The notes under the pieces: model-generated
Databases searched by the model: none
What the model was told of the DNA's origin: nothing
The model's input: the letters and a program-made list of their open reading frames with translations, nothing else
Part shown: positions 1-13,200 of the stretch, piece by piece
Layout: each line of letters starts with the position of its first letter
How positions within the stretch are numbered: the stretch's first letter is position 1
NCBI GenBank assembly: GCA_030141605.1
Contig: JAQGDQ010000539.1
Coordinates: forward strand, 62,001 to 126,000
DNA from: Tubiluchus corallicola
Taxonomy: Eukaryota > Animalia > Priapulida
Direction of reading: 5' to 3'
DNA: 64,000 bases
Translations under genes and position numbers: made by a program

Positions 1-176
1 ACTCAACTCTATCTCCCCCGGTGGATCCTGTACTGCTTGTTTGACCCTTCTAGTTTTAGCTCTTTACGGGTGTCTCAGGTGGAATCTCAGGTGAGCGAGC
101 GTTAAGGCATTTAACTCCAGTAATAGGTGGTGAATACCCAGTGCAACATCGAAGTTAATACATACAGATCCCCGCG

Positions 177-270
177 ACATTTTAGGTAGCATATTATTCC
201 AGTCATTAGTAAAGCAGTAATCAACATTTTAAGTAGCATATTATTCCAGTCATTTGTAAAGCAGTAATCA
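177..270. repeat. 47-bp tandem duplication (two copies)
   Basis: acattttargtagcatattattccagtcattwgtaaagcagtaatca x2. Confidence 0.85.
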
Positions 271-964
271 CTCCCCTTATCAAGACCCATTTCCGGTATT
301 CATGGAGTGTATCTGTTGGGACCGTCTCGCCAGCTTGAGTCTCTGGCGTTTTAATCTCTCCCTATTCTCCTGTACGGAAGTCTTAAAGATCTTCTCAGAT
401 ATATCAAGTTGGTCCCATGTCCTCTGGGCTGATAGCTTCACATATTTGGGAATCAGTATTCGGCAGAAACACTGCCCGCCGTAACACTCGTTCTACAACC
501 AAAATGAAGAATTTTTTATTGAAACCAAAAAGTTTACAAAGATTACATAACACTTACAGAGAGCAATGAACAGTTCTAGTTTTGAAAGTTATAAATTTAT
601 AGCAGTTCTATTTTCAGCATTATAAATCTGCAGCATTTTAAAATCTTGAACTTTTAAATGCTTAAAGGCTCGAAGGGTTGGCTCCTTCCGGGCCGGATTC
701 AACAGGCGTTCTTCAACATTGGAGACTTCTGGAGTTCGAGTACGTGCGTCGCGGTTGCAAGGTGGGTGTTCCTCAACGAGATGACTGAAGCAGGTCTGCA
801 GACTCTGTAAGGAATGCACCAACCAACGTAGCACCGTTGTTCCTTTTCTTTGAGATGATAGCAGAGATCGGGAAGCTCGTTGCGTCTCAAGTTTACTACC
901 TACTTCAGGTACCTCTTTTCTTGTCCTTTAAGTAAGTTCTGCAGGGGTGTGAAAATATTGCACG

Positions 965-1008
965 CTGATTGGGCAGCCAACAAGAATAACTGATGTTGCT
1001 TGACGTCA
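965..1008 (+). promoter_or_regulatory. Candidate PAL promoter elements: inverted CCAAT box (GATTGG) and perfect CRE TGACGTCA (1001-1008)
   Basis: Motif matches about 420 bp upstream of the PAL ATG; may instead belong to an adjacent repeat. Confidence 0.3.
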
Positions 1009-1426
1009 ATTGCAAGAGCAATTGACGTTTGTAACTTGCGCCATCTCGTAACTGTTAGATCACCTATACAATTTTACAGATACAAAGCTATACATTTAGC
1101 TGAGCTAAAACGACCATCAGAGGGCTTCATTTTCCGTGTGGATTCAGTTGCTATGACGACCCTGCTGACGCATCTGATCGATAGTTCATTGATGATGTTC
1201 TTCTAGCTTCAAGTATCGTCTAACGTCCACGGGTCCACGCATTAAATGCCAGGCGGGAAGCCATATTAGGATATAGAGGTATACTGTGTGAGAAACATTC
1301 ATAAATTCTTGCATTTTTATGCGTTTGTTCTGCACGCACAGAAAATAGAAGCATCACAGCAGTAATTTTAATAAACCATTTTGGGTTTTTTGTCAGAAAA
1401 GACTGGCATTTGTTAAAACGGGCGTG

Positions 1427-1567
1427 ATGTGCCATACCGTATGGCAGGCAGTTTTTATCGTTAGTGCTGTCAGTATTACCAGTGTGGCTTTAGCTAATCC
1501 ATTGGATTACCAGTATGATGACGAAGTATTGAAGCTACTGCAAGACGTTTTTTATAATGGCGACCGG
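1427..1567 (+). CDS. Pal: PAL exon 1 (signal peptide, MCHTVWQAVFIVSAVSITSVALA...)
   Basis: ATG at 1427, hydrophobic leader, donor GTAAGT at 1568; phase 0 matches exon 3381. Confidence 0.8.
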
Positions 1568-2963
1568 GTAAGTGTAAAGTTTGATTTTTTTACATATTTT
1601 AGATACTTTACAATAAGGCTCATTGTTCGAATCAAGCCTACTAGAAATTCTCTCTTCGGCCAAAGAAATTGACTTTTTAGATTTAAATGTCAGATGTTAT
1701 TGAAAATTAATGAAGTGCTGAAAAAACGTGAACTTCATTTAAAACACATTAGCTTTACAATCAGTTTATTAGATATCCATGCGCAAGAGGTTATAAGAGG
1801 CCCCGTATGTGATGAACAGTGGTCATGGTTTTGGTCTTGCAACCCAAAGCTTGCTGATTCAAATGTATGCTTACCAGGAACATTTTTTCGTTGCCCTCTT
1901 TTTAATTAAACATCGCTTCAAAAATTTAAAATAGTGGGTTTATTCTGTTACTAACCAATGTGCTTGACTGTGACTAGGATTATTAATTAATGGCACTCTA
2001 ATTAAAATCCTGGTCCCATTTGATTTTCGCCGAGCGATCACCTATTCGATATGATTGCTTGGCGCATTACGACGATCCGCGCCACTCTCACGATTGCTCA
2101 TCCATACTTCGTGTATAGAATTCTGTAAAAATACACATTATTATTTATTTAATAATTGAGATAATGTTGAACATGACTTTGTTCAGTGGAAATGTTAGTT
2201 CGTCTGAGTGAATAAATAAATTGTTGGCTAAAATGACCTAAAATTACTTGCTATATAATTATTTTCACTAAATTTACTTGTTATATGTACGTTCAGTTCA
2301 CCCTTCGCTAAAATTTAATGTAAACAACCTGCTGTGCCAGACAACATGCTAGGCTCAAAAAAGTGTCTGGGAGCATGACATCGAAAATGTCAGATATGAA
2401 GAATTTAAAGATACGTACAAAAGGGTTAATAACATGACGGTTGTGGAAATTAAAGTCTGACTGTGACGCGCTTAGTTATTAATAAAAATGCGAATGATAA
2501 AGAAGATGAGTAATAATTGTTATTATGAAAAATTACTTAGTTTATTTCAATAAAAATCAGCATAAACATACTTCTCGAAAAAAATACTTTACACTGCTTG
2601 TAGCAATTTAATTATTCTAATCCCACCACCTGCATTCTAATAGAGTGCCTTATTAATTAGGTCGGAAACTATTATTTATGTTAATCTTAGCTATATATAC
2701 ATGAATCCACAGATTTACCACTTTTCAGCTTAAGTACACTAGACATTGTGTCTTCAATAGTAATGTAGAAATCAAGTCATGTGTTACGAGTTTCAGATAA
2801 AAATCTGCCACTAGAAGTTTTAGGATAATTTAACAGCTCTTCATAGAACCCAACCACATATTGCAAATCTTTCGTTCACCGCTTGCAATTCTCATTCTAT
2901 TTGGCAGGGGAACTTTAAAATTGTTCATTATCTTAGTTCTTTTCCAAAACTTTTCATTGTCAG

Positions 2964-3062
<99 letters not shown>

Positions 3063-3785
3063 CGTGCGTGTGTGTAAATTAGTGTGCTGATCTGCTCATT
3101 GACCGTCTCTTGCATTTAATGTAATCGTTTCTTTAGAACTGCATTGATTGCACTTACAACTCCTTACACCCGAGAAATTTAGGTAATTTACTGACAAAGT
3201 CGATTTTAGAAAAGGTAATTTCGATTGACGTGAATAAAATTTACCTTTGTTTATCAGGCCAGAACAAAGTTTACGTCAATAATTCCTCCAATATCGAGTG
3301 ATTAAATCATTAGCTTTCGTCTCGAGCCGTAAATCAATAATAAAATTAATGCTGATTTGGAGTGCCTTTTATTCTTTTAGGACGGGCTATACAATGATAT
3401 CCCATCGAGTGGAAATTTTGGGCCACGTGAAGTGATTGATTCCCCCTTGCGTGAGTTGGGATTGGGGCAGGTGGTTGGTTTGGCAACAGATAGTGATGGA
3501 TTCCTCCATATTTTACACAGAGCTTCGCGAGTTTGGGAATCTCGGTAAGACTTGTGGTTTTCTCGGTGCTTTTTATTAATAAAATTTTCATCTTTTTGTG
3601 CTTTTCTTTTTTGTGTATTTCTGTGTTGTGCGTTATGTGCTTAATATAGACTCCACTGCAGTTTCGTCCAAAAAAATCGTAATGATGGTATTTGCGTTTT
3701 TTTCTCTTTTTTACTCTTTTTTGAGATCACTTGTATAACAACAACAACAACAACAACAACGACGACGACGACGACGACGACGACG

Positions 3786-3832
<47 letters not shown>

Positions 3833-4176
3833 AATAATAATAACAATAATAATAACCTTCATTTAAAGTCAGCTTTAAAGCAGACAACACAAGCCTACCT
3901 CGAGGATTTTATTGCCGGCTGTAAAGAACAAGCTACACATACATAAGAAAGATTATTATTACACCACTTTTACCCTAAATAACACGCACCAGGCAGGATA
4001 ATAGCACGTACCATTTTTAAAGTCGTTGGTGTGACCCGGCTGCAATATCGAACTCACGACCTCTCAGACGGAAAGCAGATGTGTTACCACTAGTCTGGTA
4101 TCGGTTTCATTGGTATAATTGGTGTAAGCTTTTCAAAAACAATTATCACCCTAGATTTTTTACAATACTTACAAAA

Positions 4177-4260
<84 letters not shown>

Positions 4261-7200
4261 TTATTGAATATTTTAATGCATTTTACATTATGATCAAATG
4301 CATCTTACAAATAAAAGATAATCAAAATTACTAAAAAAATTAATTTATAAGATATTTAAGACAATTGCACATTGATTGATTAAAAGTACATTGAATATGG
4401 TAAAAAAGTTGATTATTGGGAGTGGCAGCCATGAAATTTTCGTGATGGTCCTGACAATGATGATGATGCAGTTGCTGTAGCTATTGCTGCTGCTGTGTAG
4501 GTGTTGTTGTTATTGTCGTTGCTATTGTTGTTGCTGTTGTTGTGGTGGTTGCTGTTGTCGTCGTTCTTGTTGTCTTCATTGACGTCATGTCGTTGTAGCC
4601 GTTCTAGTTGTTTTTGTCGTTGTTATCATTGTTGTCGTTAATGTTGTTATTGTCAGCGATAGTAATGGTGGTGGTGGTGGTGGTGGTGACGGTGGCAGCG
4701 GTGGTGTGGCAGAGGTGTTGATGATGAAGATGGTGATAGTGGTGGCAGCACCGTGACCAGGATGTGAAGCGTGCTTTGTCAAAAGGGTGCATCTAGATGA
4801 GACTGTATTTAGCAGACTGATGCACAAGACTGGAGATGATTAGAAGAAAAACAGTAATGCTGTAGAGTGCAGAAGAGCATTGCCAACATAACACCTGAAA
4901 TATTTTGAAACTTAAAAAGATTTATCGTATAACGTTGAATGGAAAATCTCCGACGTTGCTAAAGATGCATATAGCGACTTATAATTATTAGCATCCTTAT
5001 ACGTTACGTTATTCATTGTTTTTTATTAGTCAACTTTCAATTATTCTTTTGGGAATTTCTTATAAGTACCAGTTCGACCAGCCGGCCATCATTAGCAGAC
5101 CAAGTACTTTAATAACATTACCCGAAACAGTCGTGGCGACAATGTCAACGATAAATTGACGACGACAACAACATTAATAATATCTTTCTCTTTATTTTCA
5201 TTTTATTTTATTTTAAGTCTGACAATTTCAGATCGTTTAACAAGAGCCATTTTTATATGGATGTTGATGAAGGACCTATTCAACAAGATGTCATGGTGAA
5301 AGTGAATCCACTCACTGGTCAGATTATGGAAACATGGGGAGCTGGATTGTGAGTTAATTTAAAATCTTCTTGTAAGCGCCCGTGTGGCAGTGATGTCACT
5401 AATCGTCGTGTTCTGTTCTAAGCGAACAAAACCGTACTTTAAGATGGTAATTTATCCATTAGGTTTTTGGCTATCATAACAGATCAACTGTCAAGATTAG
5501 ATTGTCATTATAGCTCATAAAATCATCGTCATGGTTTAATGGTGGTAAATTGTCTAAATTGAGTTATATTTTTCGAGCTAGTTTTGCTCTGACTTACGTA
5601 AGATCTGTGTAAAATCTCCATAGCTTTATAGTTATCTATTATGAAAGTTTTGTGCAGCTGGAATCACTACCTTAAAAGTGAAACGAAGTTGCGTACTCGG
5701 TGCTAACTTTTTAAATAAGTTTATGTTAGCCTTTTGACAAACTATGAAAGAAAGCAGTCACTACTACTGCTAAGTAATATAGCTAAGTTTAGAGCTGTAA
5801 AACAAGTTGAAAATCTCGAACCTGTTTTTCACGAAATTGACTAAAACTCAATAATTTGCGAAAACGGTCCTTATTGTCTGTGATAGCAAGTAAGGCAAAA
5901 ACCGGATTCACAATTAACTAATCAGATGCTGGAAAATAGAAGCTGAAACTTTAAATAAATTTAATAACTGCAAAGCTTTAAGAATGCAACTCAGTTTAAA
6001 TGATTTTGTTTAGCTGTCCCCAAGCATGCAGAATAAATCTTCCAGAATAGTTTCGAAAATAAGTGTTTTTTATATTTATTTGATATCAGGAATCATCATT
6101 ACCGGCAAAAGTGTGTTTTCACTGTTTTTCATCCATTACCTTCGCTTTCATGACTGCAGTGCAGACTTCCGCATTATTTATTGTTTCATATTTTTCATTT
6201 TAGTTTCTACATGCCGCATGGTTTGACTATAGACAGTAAGAATAATATTTGGATAACAGACGTGGCTATGCACCAAGTATTCAAGATTCCTCAATCAGAT
6301 GATGAAAAAACTTTAGTCCTCGGAGAAACATTTATGCCAGGTTCAGACGGTGAACATTTTTGCCAGCCGACAGATGTCGCGGTTGCATCAAATGGAGACT
6401 TTTTCGTTTCTGACGGGTATGTTTCAGTAATAATGGTGAATGATGTTGTTAATGTTTTTCACGTTCGCGGTCTATAAAAACCATCGATAGGTGTGAAAAA
6501 TATGTATGATAGTTAATTCTTAAAAGTACAAATATAGCGAAATGGTATATACGACCGCGCATTTCTCTTTTTTATCTCCGTGTGAATTCCACTTGACAAA
6601 CTCTTAGAAGCCTAAGGCGCTTTCATATTTAAAGATGCTGAAATTTATATTAATATTATATTAGTTACGTAATAAAATTTATTTTTCTTTTGTGCAGTCT
6701 AGATTTTAAGTGACGCATTGTATGACCTTTACCAGTATAGACCTGTTTTGTCTGCCAATCTGGTAGGTGGGAGAATAATATGCAGAAAAAACAAGTTTAA
6801 GTTTCAAGAGTCAACGTATATAAAAAGTATCATTTTTTCCACATGCCCGGTTTGCTTGCAAGACGTATCAACAAACAGCAAAAAACTAAAATTTAATCTT
6901 TATTGTTTTATTACTAAACATTAAGTCCATTTTCCCACCCAGTCCAAAAAATTAATGCTACCATATTTTGTTCTAGATATCTCTTGGTTAGCACCAATGC
7001 TATTTTAGTGATATATCATCAGCAAGACGAAATTTAATTATGTTCGCTATAAAACCTTAATCTGACAATCTGTGAAAATTATTATTTTTGTATTAATAGG
7101 GTCTACATTTAAATTTTTTGAAATGTAATGTGTAATAACGCACATTCATGCACTGATGTATCGTCACCAACGCGTAAATGTGAACATAGCTTAAAGCTTT

Positions 7201-10200
7201 CTTTTGCTAAAAAGTGTTGAAATTTATTTAACGACTAACATAAGTCACTGCTGATATTGACATATTGCACTAACGACACAAACGAGCGTCGATGTACTTA
7301 ATATAGTCATTAGTGAGATTGATGGTACGCATTTACCAATTATACGCGTTTGTCAAGAAAGAATTTTACTGACAAAAAATTCGGTGACAGACAAGGTAGC
7401 GACATTGCGCGAAGTTGATAAAAATTCTCTAAGAACTGCTGCCACTTCAAATCGTAAATTATCGCGCTATATTATAGATGACACCGACTACTTAACTCAT
7501 GTTAAACGTGCAAAAGATTAACTTTATTGTTATAATCAATTTTACTTGTTGTGATGTTTTAAGGCTAACATTATCTGCAGTTTTTTTACAACAAAATTGA
7601 TGACAATCTGATGATAAAAATAAAAATTAAGTCGACAATTTAATTCCAATATATATATAGGTTAGACATAATTTTATTGTAGGATTGGTTTAGACAATTT
7701 CACAACATGATTAAAGATCTTCACCACTACAAACTATATATAGACACTATTTACAAAATATTTACAATAAGAATGACACAAGCTGACAACAAGTTTACGT
7801 CAGACAGATTAGACAGAAATAACAAAGACAGTTAAAAATTTTGAACTATTTATAATCAGGACTGACGCATTTCATTGACGACAGAAACTACACTGGAAAC
7901 GGTTGGTGCGAAATTTAAAGAAATTCCAATATTTTGGAATTCCAATAATTCTAGTTCTAATATAATTCCAATATTTTACATAAGCGTGGAAGGAAAATTT
8001 GACAACTTGAGTTATCAATCTATTTTTTCGTAAGTCACAAGTCTGTTGAATACAGGTTCATTACAACAGATGAAGGCAACGCCAGTTAAAACAACAACAA
8101 TGAAAATGACACTGAAGAACAATGGTGCGCGGTAAAAATGGCACTGGTGAAATGGCACAGGGAAAAATGACATAAATGGAAAAGCAGGTAAAATGGTAAG
8201 GTAAAAATGGCACAGGAAAAACGGCACAAATCGAAAAATAGAAAAATGGCACATATGTTATTTCATTGCAGTTGATTTCTATAATAAAACTAGAATGCGC
8301 TCATTAGGAAGCAGATCTCTGCCAAAGCCGAACACTAACTTCCTAAACTTTATTCGTCTGATTCTTTTGATTAGAAAAACGCAAGACAAAGATACACAAG
8401 CAAACATACAAAAATGTACCTGTGCTGATATTATGTGTAGACTGGCGAAAGACTTACAAAATATTTTTTATTAAACAGAATTATAATGAGTAATTCATGA
8501 ACATTCCACGTAGTGTTTATCTGCTTTTCTTTGACCGTTAATTTTGACGATAGTAGACTGACATATGTTATATTTAGTCGGCTTATGCTTACAAGGCTAA
8601 ACACATTAATTAGCAAAGTTATAGACAGCGTTACTTAGTTTTCTAAGTGACAATTTCTCGAAATGGAACCTGGAACTAGATCGTAGTTGTTTGTCTTAGT
8701 GGAGATAAAAAAGAAGTACCAAACACTCTCTTTGAGACCTCCATGAAGTTCTTCACGAATGCTTTTTGTACGTGGTGTTTGGACAAGTTTCGCGAAAGAA
8801 GAACAGATGGAAAAACGTCCATTTTGGTACCCTATACCCTCCTTCTCCACAAAGTTGAGTGGATAATTTTTGCGTAAATGGCTTACTGTTATAACGGACA
8901 AAAACAACCAGCCAAACAAACTGTGTTGAAACATAACTTCCTTGGCAAAGGTAAAAAACTAAAATAATTACCCTCCACAGTAGCCCTAACCTTAAGTTCA
9001 TATTTAGTAAGTGTGCCATTTTTACCCTGCCATTTTTCCTGTGCCATTTTTTTCTGTGCCATTTTTACCGTGCCACTTTTTCCTGTGCCATTTTTACCGT
9101 GCCACTTTTTCCTGTGCAATTTTTACTTGTGCTATTTTTACCTGCATTCAAAAACGACAATTTTCTTAATTTACGCAATACCGTGCAAACACTGAAACAT
9201 TTGGTAGTTGGTACTTATTCTGTCAGCACTCGTTATTGTATGGGCCTAATCCTAGCAAACTTATTAGTATTCTCATAGCTGAATTAATGTATTGTCTCGT
9301 ATTACTACTGATGTAAATTTATAATACTACAGTTGTTTAACTGTTTCCTTCCTTTCAAAACATGCTGATTTGATATGAGTGGGGCAATTCACTTTATTCT
9401 CAACCTGTTCTGCTACGCGCATGCGTTATAAGCACTGTATTGACTGAGAGGACGTGGCCAGCGCAGTAAGCCAGTAACCCTGTTTGCTATAAATAACTAG
9501 CACAAGTTGGAAGACTGACTAGCTCTTAAGCTGTGTAATGCAATATGTAAGAGCGAGCAAGCTTCTAGCTGCTGCTCAAGAGATTTGTGTCAATTTTGGC
9601 AGCCATTATACTATTCCACGTTGTAATTATGTAGCTTACTGGTGTTGTGTGCGCAAGGTGTAAATTTTTGCGTGAAATATCTTAGAGTTATCTCGGATCG
9701 ATTCTGTTCAAGTTATGTGAATCGGAGGCAGCGTATTGAGCTAAGCTTGTAAATACTATAGTGTAGCGTCTGTTACAGTAGCTGTTACGCCACAGTTTTA
9801 GTTTTAACGTACGACATGAACCATTCGTAACACTTTACTCACCATGATTTGTGAGTGCGACATCGATTTTCAGCATGGCTAGAAGTTTGTCAATCTTGGT
9901 GCGCTATCATGTGCTTCTCCAAGTTTTGGTGTGGTGGTGGAGCCAGAAAGGAGCGACTGGCCTGCATTTCGCTGACCTGTCGAAATCAATGCATGTGAAA
10001 ATCGGCGACCAGGTAAAGTTGCTGTGCAAATCGGTTCCTGGAAATGCCGCAAAATTCTGGTTTTTAAACAACAAACTTGTGAATTCTGGAAGTAGAAGTA
10101 TTTTTCTTTCTGACGTAAACACGACATTAACCATTCAGTCATTTGCAAGTTCGAGAGATGATCCTAATAGCAGTAATGATGGCAATTATGCTTGCATCAT

Positions 10201-13200
10201 TAGAGACGACACCGGTGCCATCAGAAGCCAGCCTATTTCTGTCACTGAAGCTAGAATAAGTTCATTTGGTGACAAAGCAGGTGTTGTCGTGGTGAAGGCC
10301 ATCAAGGGCAATGTAGCCGTGATACCCTGTTTCCCACCTAGAAGTAACCCCCCTGCGATTACTGTGTTTGAGGTGAATGGTAAAACCATAGATACCAATA
10401 CTGATCATTATCTGTTATTGCCGTCAGGGAACTTACAAATAGCTAGTGTTCAAGAATCAGATGCTGGTGTGTATAAATGTTTAGCCATTAATCCAGTTTC
10501 GTTGAAAAAACGATCTTCCAAACTACTTACCGAGCTTAAAATTATAGAACAAACCGTAGACGTTGCTGTCAAAGTTGTGTCTCCTCCAAGTAGTCAAACT
10601 TCTATAAAAAAGAGCCAGAACTTTACCTTGGAATGTGTTATGGAAGGCTGGCCCGTGCCCACCGTCACGTGGGAGAAGTATGGGGGGAGACTACCAGAAG
10701 AAAAGTACACTCAAATTCTAGGTAATCTCATAATTCATGATGCTCATTGGAATGATCAGGGCACGTACATCTGCAGGGGTGAAAACGGTGTGGGCAACAT
10801 ACCTCGACCACCTGTGGCAAGTGTGGATATTTTCGAAATGCCATATGCTACTATATCTCCGTCTAATATTACCACAAAGATTGGTGAGAAAGTACAGTTT
10901 GAATGCAACACATATGGCAAACCAAAACCGATTGTGACTCACTGGTTGTTCAATGGACAACTGGTCACTGAGAATTCAGAATTTTTTATCGATGCCAACA
11001 AAATATTTATTAGGTCTGTGCAAAAGAAACACATGGGATTTTTTCAGTGCTTTGTGCAGAATAAATTTGGTGCTATGCAGACCCATAGTCAGCTCATTAT
11101 AAGTAATGTTTCTGTCCCTGCGTCAAGTACTGAATCAATATCATCAAGTCCTGTTAGTATTGATACGACAGTTGTCAAAGACCGTGACAGCAGTGACAAT
11201 TGTAGTTCAGACAGGAGGAAACGGCGGAAAAAATGCAAACAGAAGGACAAGGTAATGCCAGATTGGGAGGAGGGTGCAATCATGATACCACCGACCCGCC
11301 CACATGTGCGACAGATCGATACTCGTTCTGTTGTAGTTCACTGGGATATACCGCAAAATGATGGCCTGCGCGTGATTTTGTTTCGTGTGCAGTATCAAGA
11401 ACTTGGTCGTGATGGAGAGCGCCCATATCCCCGTAACAAAGCATGGCGCACCGTAGATGAGGATATCCCTCCTCATCAGTTCTCTTGGGAGATAACTCGT
11501 CTTAAGCCAGCACACATCTATAGGTTTCGTATTGCAGCTGTTTACGAGAACAATGACAACAAGCACAGCAAAAATAGTAAGAACATAGTAATCGAGCGAG
11601 AGCCACGTCAGCAACGTCCTGGTGGTCGAAGAAATAAAGACATTACGCATGCACCTATAACTCCTCAAATAACTCATACAGAAGCTTTAAATGAAACCAC
11701 CTTACAGGTGAAATGGGACTTTGTCAACAGTAAACGTGCTGCTGCTGAGGGTTTTCTGGTACATTATCGCCCTGTTGTCAGTGCTGGTCCTTATATGCTA
11801 AAATCTGTAAAATCTAGTTTAGACAGGCAAGTGCTTCTGACTAATCTTTTGCCAAAAACAACTTATGAAATTAAGATGCAAGCATATAATAGTGTGGGTG
11901 AAAGTTCATTTAGTCAGTTGTTTGAACGAAGAACGAAAGCTAAAGAAGTGCCACAATTACCAAAAGAATCATCTCCAGAAGAATCATCTAGTCCTTCTAG
12001 CGACTTGCTGTTTGTCATTTTGGGGTCAGTTCTTGGCTGCTTGATTGTCGTTCTTGTGTTGTTCATGATCATGTGTTACTGGAAGCAGCGTCAGCAAAAT
12101 AAGATCATCCGGGAAATGAATGCAGCAATACGCAACAAATATCGTGACCCGGCACTGCAGAACTACATGGACTACACATACAATCGTAAGCATGCTGTTC
12201 AACTAGGTAATGGCAGTGCCTTGGGAAATTCTGATTATGTCTTCAGTGATGTATTGGGTGAGGACACTGTGGTACATGTACCCAGTAATGAGCTGCCTCT
12301 GACAAATAGTGGTGATGAGGCCGACGAGTCTGATAATAGTGATGATGAACGTAGTGATCGAACTGATGAGAGATACTTAAAACAAGAACTTTACAGAAAT
12401 CATTTGTCAGAAAATGAAAATGATTGCTAACATTTGGTTGTTTTATATGGTATTTGTTAAATTTGTAGATACTGCTTTTGTTTTTTATTGTAAAAGTTTT
12501 GTACAGTTTGTAAATAATTTCTGTGCCATTTAGACTTTTTTACAATTGTGAGGTATTGTATACTAATCAATTTGCTAGGAGCTGTTCAGGTATATTAGCT
12601 AATAGCTATTCAAATTGTGGTATATTACGTAAGTTCACCATTCTCATTTTACCTGAAGTACCTATAGGTGTGCTGCCTGACAATCTGAACCTACAAGCGT
12701 GTCAGGATTTTACATTTTGTTGATCTTATATTTATAGTTTTTTAAGTACCTGTGAAACGCAAATTGGGCGAAATCTTTGTATAACCTATTTATTAACAGA
12801 CATTTTTGTATTGAGAATATATATTACATACAAGTTAAATTATCGGAATGCACGTATTTTTGAATTTTTTCATTGATGTGTCTTTGAAAGACTTTGTTGA
12901 TTTCCCTGGTGCAAAGTACATGTAAATAAATTTAATCTTTTGTGTATCGAGTTACAAAGTATATCATTCAGTATTTTGTTGATCTCTCCACTTTGTTGAA
13001 GCAAACTGGCAAAAGCAAAAGGTGACAGTATGTTATAGATTGATGGAATGTGGTATTGTTTTTTGACAGAGGAAAAACACTGTTGTCTCTTTTGGCAGAG
13101 AATGGGGTTAAAGTTCAGTAAAGCATATAGCCATGTGGTCATGGTCTGTAATTAGTCTTGGTCGAGCAGGACTGTGGTTAGTCTGCAAGCAGATGGGAAG

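Noticed and set aside
2861-4827. Poly-CV, poly-N/V and poly-P/T ORFs
   Set aside because: Translations of microsatellites.
9851-9874. GTG start at 9851 for Ihog (ORF track)
   Set aside because: Eukaryotic gene; ATG 9875 directly precedes the signal-peptide-like segment.
9879-11677. Antisense and alternative-frame ORFs overlapping Ihog
   Set aside because: Shadow ORFs of the long CDS with no recognisable domains.
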